Positions 57,824 to 64,000 of a stretch of DNA of 64,000 nucleotides are shown piece by piece; position 1 is the stretch's first letter; each line of letters opens with the position of its first letter. A program made the position numbers and the translations under genes. The DNA lies in the IMG/VR virus record IMGVR_UViG_3300046535_002148, positions 32,001-96,000 of that record; one strand, given 5' to 3'. The stretch is from a virus. The notes beneath the pieces are model-generated. The model was not told the DNA's origin. It made no database searches and worked only from the letters and a program-made list of their open reading frames with translations.

Positions 57824-58089
57824 CACTCGAACTCCATCTGGCCCTCGCAGGTCCACGCCGCGGGGGTCTTCTCCTTGGTCTCGGTCACGAGGTTGTCCTC
57901 GATGAACCGGGCGACGTCGACCGGCCGGAGCCGGATCGACCGCCCGATCCTGACGTGCTGGAGCCGGCCGTCCTCGACCAATCGGTAGACCCCGCGGGCA
58001 CTGATCGAGTACAGGGCCGCGACGTCCTTGATCGACAGAAGGACCATGTCCTCCTCAGCGACCTCGGGGGTCTCGACGGTGCTGACCAC
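57823..58089 (-). CDS. Excisionase-like (HTH_17/MerR-like) DNA-binding protein
   Basis: LLSIKDVAALYSISARGVYRLVEDGRLQHVRIGRSIRL. Confidence 0.85.
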   Translation of the reverse strand: MVSTVETPEVAEEDMVLLSIKDVAALYSISARGVYRLVEDGRLQHVRIGRSIRLRPVDVARFIEDNLVTETKEKTPAAWTCEGQMEFE

Positions 58090-58306
58090 GCAGAGCTCCT
58101 CGGATGAAGTGATGCGACTGTCGCTTCACTTTCTGGGGCGGGACGAGGCCCGGGCCCTCGGCAGTACGGCCCGGACCTCTGTCACCCGCATGTCCGTGGA
58201 GGACGGACGTCTCCGACGCTAGGTCGAGGCCCAGGAGCCTGGCGAACGTCCTCGGTGAAGTCCGCGCCAGAAACTCCCGGGCTGGCTTGGGAGTTCTCAG
58301 GGGGAC

Positions 58307-59005
58307 CTACTGCTTGACGGTGAAGTGGTACTTCGCGCCGAGCTTGGTGAGCGACTGGATGCCCGCCACCCCGTCCCAGGGCTTGCCGACGCCGCAGCGC
58401 TGCTGCCACTTGGCGTAGCCGGTCTTGTTCGCCGGGAGCCCCTCGTGGACGAGCGCCGTGGCCACCGGACCGACGTAGGTGCCGTGAGCATGCAGGGTTC
58501 CGAGCACGTCGGACAGGTCGATGACGACGGCCTTGACCGCGGGTTTGGCGGCTGCCTGCTTGCTCGCGAGGTAGGCCTCCCAGGTGGTGACGGGCAGCTT
58601 CATGTCGCGGTGACGGTCCAGGCCGTTGCTCGCCAGCCCGTTGCGCCCGGCCCGCAGCGAGGCGACCTGGCGCGCGGCAATCGCCGCCAGCTCCTTGCAG
58701 CCGACGGCCACAGCGTGGATGTGCTCCGGCCACGGGCCCTCGCTGGGGAACCGGTGCCAGGCGGCGAACCCGACGATGCGCAACGCCCGGACCCGCTTGT
58801 TGATCTGCGTCAAGGTCAGGCCGCGGACCGAGAAGTCGATGCAGCCGCCGCCGTTGTGGGTGCCGGCCGAGGCGGCGACGGTGGTGTTGTACGAGCCCTG
58901 GGTGACCGTCAGCGGGCCACCGAGCTTCTCGGCCTCGGCGATCATCGCCGCGGTGCGGGTGTCGGTGGTGTAGCGGCCCTGGACCGTGGTTCGGGTCAGG
59001 GCCAT
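58307..59005 (-). CDS. Endolysin, Zn-peptidase (M15-like) with C-terminal wall-binding region
   Basis: QGSY...SAGTHNGGGCID...WHR...HIHAV; C-terminal YAKWQ...DGVAG..SLTKL. Confidence 0.8.
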   Translation of the reverse strand: MALTRTTVQGRYTTDTRTAAMIAEAEKLGGPLTVTQGSYNTTVAASAGTHNGGGCIDFSVRGLTLTQINKRVRALRIVGFAAWHRFPSEGPWPEHIHAVAVGCKELAAIAARQVASLRAGRNGLASNGLDRHRDMKLPVTTWEAYLASKQAAAKPAVKAVVIDLSDVLGTLHAHGTYVGPVATALVHEGLPANKTGYAKWQQRCGVGKPWDGVAGIQSLTKLGAKYHFTVKQ

Positions 59006-59358
59006 CAGTCGGCCGCTGCGTTCGGGTCAGTGTCCGCTGCCGGGGAGGCGTCGGGCTGGGCCTGACCGGCGTCCTCGGCGTCGTTGAGTTCGGCGCCCTC
59101 AGCGGCCTCGGTGGCGTCGTCCGGGGCGTCGGGCAGATCGTCCAGCTCCGGCTCGGTGCTGGTGTCCGCGGTGTTGGACGGGTCGGTCTCGCCGGTCGGC
59201 CACGGGATGATCTCTTCCTGCGGCGCGTCGGGACCGGCGGTGCCGGCCGTGCCGGCGTTGGCGTCGGCGTCGGAGTTGTCGTCCGGGAAGTCGGCGGGCA
59301 GGCCGGTGTCGTCCGGCACCGGGGGAACCTCGGTGTCGGGGCCCTCGGGAGTGCTCAT
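59005..59358 (-). CDS. Extremely acidic low-complexity protein
   Basis: Asp/Glu/Pro/Ala-rich, no Lys or Arg; TGATG-coupled to the endolysin. Confidence 0.6.
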   Translation of the reverse strand: MSTPEGPDTEVPPVPDDTGLPADFPDDNSDADANAGTAGTAGPDAPQEEIIPWPTGETDPSNTADTSTEPELDDLPDAPDDATEAAEGAELNDAEDAGQAQPDASPAADTDPNAAAD

Positions 59359-59420
59359 CGGTGTCCCTCTCTCTGTTGGCGGTACAGAGAGGTGGATCGA
59401 CGAGCTCGGAGACGGCAGCG

Positions 59421-59468
59421 AAAAGGAAGGAGCCCCTGCGAGGCCGGGGAGGCGGCGCAGGGGCTCCG
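59421..59468 (-). terminator. Intrinsic terminator
   Basis: GGAGCCCCTGCG...CGCAGGGGCTCC stem followed by TTCCTTTT on the minus strand. Confidence 0.65.
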
Positions 59469-59521
59469 GTGCAGGTGGCCCAGGGGGGCGGACTGACGCT
59501 CCGGTCGGGGCTACCTACAGA

Positions 59522-59650
59522 TCAGGCGCAGGCGACGATCGGCTCGGGCGCCAGCGGGACGTGGATGTGCAGCGTCTGGGTGCAGCCGGTCTCGAAGTCG
59601 AGGTCCCACTCGACCCAACAGCTACGGCAGAACATGCGGATACCCGTCAT
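59522..59650 (-). CDS. 42-aa Cys/His peptide
   Basis: AAAGGAGG RBS; MTGIRMFCRSCWVEWDLDFETGCTQTLHIH... Confidence 0.55.
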   Translation of the reverse strand: MTGIRMFCRSCWVEWDLDFETGCTQTLHIHVPLAPEPIVACA

Positions 59651-59742
59651 GACCCTCTCCTCCTTTCCCTGTGCGACGGCTTGATGGGGTCATCGGCACG
59701 GTGACGGGAAAGTGAAGCGAGGGTCGCATCACTTGTGCACCG

Positions 59743-60135
59743 CTAGCCCACGAAGTCGTGCGCCAGCACGAAGGCGTCGGCATCCCAGGCGCTGTGCCCG
59801 CCCTCGGCCTCGAAGACCACCCAGTCCCCCGGTTGGGCCTGGTGGACGCGGGCGTCGGGGCCGGTGAGGGTCATCGGGACCTCGGTGGCGAAGGCCTCCA
59901 TGACCAGACCCCGCCGGCTGATGGTCATCGTGACCACCGAGAGGTCGACGAAGTCGCGGAAGTTGCCCTCGTCGGTGGGCAGGTCCAGACAGGTCCGGAT
60001 GCACTGTTCACGGCCCCCGTCGATGGCCAGGTAGCCGCAGGGGCACATCTGGGACTCCTTCGGCGTCTCGGAGACCAGCTCGGTCAGGCAGCGCCCGCAA
60101 CGGGCCCGGTTCACGATGATTCGGTGAGCGCTCAT
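59743..60135 (-). CDS. Zn-ribbon phage protein
   Basis: NRARCGRC...CPCGYLAIDGG. Confidence 0.65.
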   Translation of the reverse strand: MSAHRIIVNRARCGRCLTELVSETPKESQMCPCGYLAIDGGREQCIRTCLDLPTDEGNFRDFVDLSVVTMTISRRGLVMEAFATEVPMTLTGPDARVHQAQPGDWVVFEAEGGHSAWDADAFVLAHDFVG

Positions 60136-60606
60136 CCTCAGTCATCGGCGCCGGACAGCCAACATTTTGGTTACGCTCAGTGAACACCGCAGGTCCGAGC
60201 CTTGATCAACTGACCCGCGACATAGAACGTTCTACAACTTATCGACGCCGCAACATGTTTGCTGTGCCACTAACCCGTTGACCTGTGGATATCGTTCCGA
60301 AGCTGGCTCGGGAGATCGGAACCTGTGGCGCACGACTCAATCAGAACGTCGAATTGGACGCAACTATCACCAACATTCGGTAAAGCCCAGATGGTCCGCA
60401 GGTAACTTCTGATGGTGCCGAGGTTTGACCCAGCCTTGCGCTGTGTAATCAGTAAAGGACCACCGGGCTGTTCCGCAGACGCCCCTCCGGCCCATGCCCT
60501 CCAGGTATGCCGTCGGAGCGCCTGGTGGCAAAGCCGGGGGGCGACGCGGCGGATCCGGCCAGCAAGGGCCAGGCCCGAGACGCCTCCCGAGTCCCTGGAG
60601 CGACCG

Positions 60607-60789
60607 GTGTTGATCGTTCTTCCCGAAATCCTGACGTCGCGCACCTCTGTGGAGACCGCCTGCGCAAGAGCGCTGCACGCGCTGTCCTCGGTCCATCCCC
60701 CGAAGGAGTGCCAGGGCCAGTACGAGGATCTCGTCCATGAGCTGAGCCGGCTGCGCTCGCGCCTGCAGTCCGACCACCTGGCCTGCTGA
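60607..60789 (+). CDS. Small hypothetical protein
   Basis: GGAG RBS before GTG/TTG; 3' part of track ORF 60412-60789. Confidence 0.4.
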   Translation: MLIVLPEILTSRTSVETACARALHALSSVHPPKECQGQYEDLVHELSRLRSRLQSDHLAC

Positions 60790-60867
60790 TTCTGCCCTAC
60801 TGAGGGCCCATCAGGTTCCGATTCACGCGGCACTTCGTGCTTCCTCAGATCGGACGAGGCTTCATGC

Positions 60868-61638
60868 ATGAGCGTGATGGAGGAGCGGCTGCGCGCCGCC
60901 AGTGAGAAGATCAGGATCCTCAAGACCGAGACGGCCAAGTCCGCACAGGGGTTGCCCGGCTACGGCGACATCCACCCGACGTTGGAGCTGTGGCGCGGCG
61001 CCGAGCCGGTCGGGTTCGCCGTCGCCCACGCGATCGACAAGGAGACCGGGCTGGCCCTGTGCCGGATGCTCGCCTCCGGCATGGACGCCGACATGATCTT
61101 GCTGGCCAACGACACGATCCGCAGTACCCACGAGAACAACCCCATGACCGGGGAGCCGTGGAAGGCCGGCGACATGCAGGACCTGATGGAGAACCACGAG
61201 GGCCTGGAGAAGGGCTGGGTCAAGGAGTGCGTCTCGATCTGGGCCGCGAACCGCGCCGGTGACCACCAGTCCGCGAACTGGTGCTACCGGATCTCCGGCC
61301 GCGGTACCGACGAGGTCGCGATCGAGTGGGCAGAGCTGGACGTCCTGCCAGCGAACTCCGGCAGCGGCTACATCATCGACAAGCTCGTCGAGGCCGCGAC
61401 CATGACCTCCATGGGCGAGACCATGGCCAGGTACGGCGTCACCCACGCCACCTTCGGCATCTCCGAGGAGCACGCCCGCGCGATCCAGGACTGCCAGACC
61501 GCCGAGATGACCATGGGCGCGCTGCAGATCGACGGCCGGCCCGGCGTCTCGATCGCGCTGTTCTCCGAGCCGGACACCGAACGGCGCGCCGTCATCATGG
61601 AGAAGTTCCCCGACAGCATCGTCCAGAGCCACTTCTGA
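60868..61638 (+). CDS. Hypothetical protein
   Basis: 256 aa, typical codon usage, heads a coupled plus-strand operon. Confidence 0.65.
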   Translation: MSVMEERLRAASEKIRILKTETAKSAQGLPGYGDIHPTLELWRGAEPVGFAVAHAIDKETGLALCRMLASGMDADMILLANDTIRSTHENNPMTGEPWKAGDMQDLMENHEGLEKGWVKECVSIWAANRAGDHQSANWCYRISGRGTDEVAIEWAELDVLPANSGSGYIIDKLVEAATMTSMGETMARYGVTHATFGISEEHARAIQDCQTAEMTMGALQIDGRPGVSIALFSEPDTERRAVIMEKFPDSIVQSHF

Positions 61639-61775
61639 TGGGCGAGGCGCTGGAGATCGCAGGGGCGACGGCGGTCAGCTGCCGACTCTGTCACGGGACC
61701 GGCCTGTTCGACGGCGACCTTCCGTGTCCCAACGGTTGCCCGGCCCGGAAACCTGACGAGCCTTCAGATGAGTGA
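61638..61775 (+). CDS. Small Zn-finger peptide
   Basis: TGATG coupling; CRLCHGTG...CPNGC. Confidence 0.45.
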   Translation: MGEALEIAGATAVSCRLCHGTGLFDGDLPCPNGCPARKPDEPSDE

Positions 61776-62334
61776 CGTGTTCTACGTCAGCGACCTGCAC
61801 ATCGGCCACAGCTACATGGCCCAGCTGCGGGACTACGAATCGGTCCAGGACCACGACGAGGACCTGGCACTGGCCTGGGTCAAACAGGTCCGGTCCCGTG
61901 ACATCGTCTGGGTGCTCGGCGACGTGGCGATGAACCCGGCCGCGGGGATGGCCTGGATCCGCAAGATGCCCGGCACCAAGCACCTCGTCGCCGGCAACCA
62001 CGACCGCTGTCATCCCGGCCACCGGGACGGCTACAAGTACCTGCGCCAGTACCTCGACGGGTTCGAGTCGGTGCAGCCCTTCGCACGCCACCGGATCGCC
62101 GGCACCAACATCGCGCTGTCGCACTACCCGTACGCCGCCGACCACACCGAGCAGCCGCGGGAGATGCAGTGGCGACTGCGCGAGCTGGGGATGCCTTTGC
62201 TGCACGGGCACACCCACTCCCCCGTCGTTCGCACCAGCGAGCTGGAGATGCACGTCGGTTGGGACGCCCACGGTTCCCTGGTGCACCGCGACCTGGTCGC
62301 GAAGGAATTCGACCTCGGCAGGAGAGAACAGTGA
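61768..62334 (+). CDS. Calcineurin-like metallophosphoesterase
   Basis: SDLHIGH, LGD, GNHD, SHYP, HGHTH. Confidence 0.92.
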   Translation: MSDVFYVSDLHIGHSYMAQLRDYESVQDHDEDLALAWVKQVRSRDIVWVLGDVAMNPAAGMAWIRKMPGTKHLVAGNHDRCHPGHRDGYKYLRQYLDGFESVQPFARHRIAGTNIALSHYPYAADHTEQPREMQWRLRELGMPLLHGHTHSPVVRTSELEMHVGWDAHGSLVHRDLVAKEFDLGRREQ

Positions 62335-62648
62335 ACGACCCCTGGAAGGACCCGGACATGAAGGCGTGGGTCGCCCACGCCCAGGAGACGCTGGTCCCGA
62401 TGCTCGGCGACTCGAGCATGACGGTCAGCCTCTGCCCCGATGCCGGGAACGGCGACATCAAGTACGCCGTCGAGCTGGGCCTCTCGATCATGATGAACAA
62501 ACCCATCGTCCTGCTGGCACGCGTGGAGGACGACATCCCGCCGAAGCTGCGGGCCGTCGCCGACGAGATCGTCGTCGGCGAGATCGACGACCCGTACGTG
62601 CGGTCCCGGCTGCACGCGGCGATCGACCGGATCCAGAACAACCTCTGA
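62331..62648 (+). CDS. Small protein resembling the nucleoside 2-deoxyribosyltransferase fold
   Basis: GTGA coupling; AVELGLSIMMNKPIVLL motif. Confidence 0.45.
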   Translation: MNDPWKDPDMKAWVAHAQETLVPMLGDSSMTVSLCPDAGNGDIKYAVELGLSIMMNKPIVLLARVEDDIPPKLRAVADEIVVGEIDDPYVRSRLHAAIDRIQNNL

Positions 62649-62658
62649 CCCCAAGGGA

Positions 62659-63210
62659 TCAGGCAGGGTCGAACCATGAGGCCGGGCGCATGTCGCCGAT
62701 CGCCATCTTGACGTTGAGCTGATCGGCCGGGTGCTCGATGCCGTCCATCTGCGGCTGCCACAGCAGCTCGACGTCGGTGTCATCACACAGCGACCCGACG
62801 ATCTCGTCCCAGTCGAAGTCCGCCAGGTCCGGGTCCGAGGACTCCGGCAGCGCCTCGAAGACGGCAAGTTCTTCTACCTCCAGATCGCCGGCGTCGATGT
62901 GGTCGTAGCAGGAGGACTGGAGCACGACCTCGGCTGCGACGGACCCGAGGTCCCTTTCGCCGGTGCGCAGGGACTCCTCGACGCGCCGATACCACCCGAG
63001 CATCTGGATCCACCATTCGCGGGGCTGATTGCGGACCATCGGCGGCAGATCGACCGGGACCGGCTCGCGGCCCTCGTGCTCATCCCACTCCGAGAGCCAA
63101 CGTTCGAGCATGTGGCCGGAGACCATGACGTCCTGCCACAGCAGAAATCGCGTGCGCTCGGTCAACGGCCAGTGGGCATGCGGGTTGGGGATGAAGCCGG
63201 ATGCAGTCAC
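62659..63210 (-). CDS. Hypothetical acidic protein
   Basis: Open ORF with plausible composition; start uncertain. Confidence 0.55.
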   Translation of the reverse strand: MTASGFIPNPHAHWPLTERTRFLLWQDVMVSGHMLERWLSEWDEHEGREPVPVDLPPMVRNQPREWWIQMLGWYRRVEESLRTGERDLGSVAAEVVLQSSCYDHIDAGDLEVEELAVFEALPESSDPDLADFDWDEIVGSLCDDTDVELLWQPQMDGIEHPADQLNVKMAIGDMRPASWFDPA

Positions 63211-63300
63211 ATCGAAAACGGTAGGTCGTCGGCACGTGCGCCGGAAGGAGTTCCGCAGATCAGCTGCTCGATCGGCGTCGATTCCGGCTCTCCGGACAGC

Positions 63301-63341
63301 AATGAACCCCGGCGCCCCACCACAAGTCCCCGGGGTTCATT
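63301..63341. terminator. Hairpin terminator
   Basis: AATGAACCCCGG...CCGGGGTTCATT 12-bp stem, downstream of the vWA gene. Confidence 0.6.
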
Positions 63342-63350
63342 GGTCTGGAT

Positions 63351-63998
63351 CTACCGTACTCGTTGCTTGATCAAGCGCAGCCACGGAATGAGCTCGTGGG
63401 TCAGGCCGTCGTAGAGCTGCTCGTCGCTGACCTGCCGCGGGATCTTCGCGTGGAAGGCCGAGGCGTTGTCGATCGCGCGGCCGGGGAGATTCGACAGCGT
63501 GCCGAGGTACCCGACGTCGTTGCCGAACCCGACGAAGGCGAAGAACAACTCGTCCTGCTCGGAGCAGTCGCGCAGCAGCTGCTCGGTCGCGCCGCGGTCG
63601 CCCGGGGCGCCGTCGGTCTGGAAGATGACGAATCCCGGGACGCCAGCGTTGCTCGCGCGATGCAGGTCGCGGACCTTCTGCATCGCCGGTGCGTAGCGGG
63701 TACCGCCCCAGCTGGCCTTGCGGTGCTGCCGTTCGACCACCCCGGCGTAGGCGTTGATGTCGACGTCGAAGGGCTCGTACACGTCGTCGTGGAACAACAC
63801 CGTCGGCACGATGCCGTCGTCGTCGAGGTTGGCGCTCAGGCCGAGGGCCTGTTCGGCCAGGCGTTGGACGTCACCGTCGCTGTAGAACATCTCCATGGAC
63901 CCGGAATGGTCCAGGACCAGGTAGACAGCGACCTTCTCGTCACCGGAGGCACCCGCCTTCTCAAGCGACACCTTGGCGGTCTTGATCAGATCGACCAT
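63351..63998 (-). CDS. vWA domain protein (TerF C-terminal-like)
   Basis: MIDAS LVLDHSGSM, LDDDG, GGTRYAP, FQTDG, FFAFVGFG, R.IDNA. May extend beyond the window. Confidence 0.85.
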   Translation of the reverse strand: MVDLIKTAKVSLEKAGASGDEKVAVYLVLDHSGSMEMFYSDGDVQRLAEQALGLSANLDDDGIVPTVLFHDDVYEPFDVDINAYAGVVERQHRKASWGGTRYAPAMQKVRDLHRASNAGVPGFVIFQTDGAPGDRGATEQLLRDCSEQDELFFAFVGFGNDVGYLGTLSNLPGRAIDNASAFHAKIPRQVSDEQLYDGLTHELIPWLRLIKQRVR

Positions 63999-64000
63999 CG

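Noticed and set aside
60223-60234. TAGAACGTTCTA as a LexA SOS box
   Set aside because: Actinobacterial SOS boxes have GAAC-N4-GTTC; this has no spacer.
1-64000. tRNA/rRNA genes, reverse transcriptase (DGR/retron), IS transposases
   Set aside because: None recognised by eye; tRNAscan-SE/Infernal and HMM searches would be needed to exclude them formally.

Overview
This is a GC-rich 64-kb segment of a large temperate siphovirus-like actinobacteriophage, read almost entirely on the minus strand. From right to left it holds: accessory genes (vWA/TerF-like, metallophosphoesterase); an endolysin; a serine integrase cassette with an apparently intact attP, which suggests an unintegrated genome; a Phd-PIN toxin-antitoxin pair; two compact C5 DNA methyltransferases; RusA; terminase; a WhiG/FliA-type sigma factor between terminase and portal; head genes; a fibre/decoration cluster; neck and tail genes (-1 frameshifted chaperone, 2654-aa tape measure, two Dit-like genes); and a recombination/replication module (intein-bearing RecB-like nuclease, Sak4-like ATPase, SSB, HNH-AP2, intein-bearing primase running off the left edge). 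The most notable unannotated signal is a three-layer cis-regulatory code. (1) A promoter-like motif, TT-rich tetramer-N17-GYCGAY, sits before about 12 late genes and its -10 fits a sigma-28/WhiG-type factor. (2) A dispersed palindrome, TGACG-N3-CGTCA, has at least 8 perfect copies, half of them deep inside genes. (3) A second dispersed palindrome, YTCCCRAGC-NN-GCTYGGGAG, has about 8 copies at gene boundaries. Other points are a candidate structured RNA at 5836-6134 and an apparent ATC start codon on the major tail gene. All calls come from reading motifs by eye; no database searches were run.
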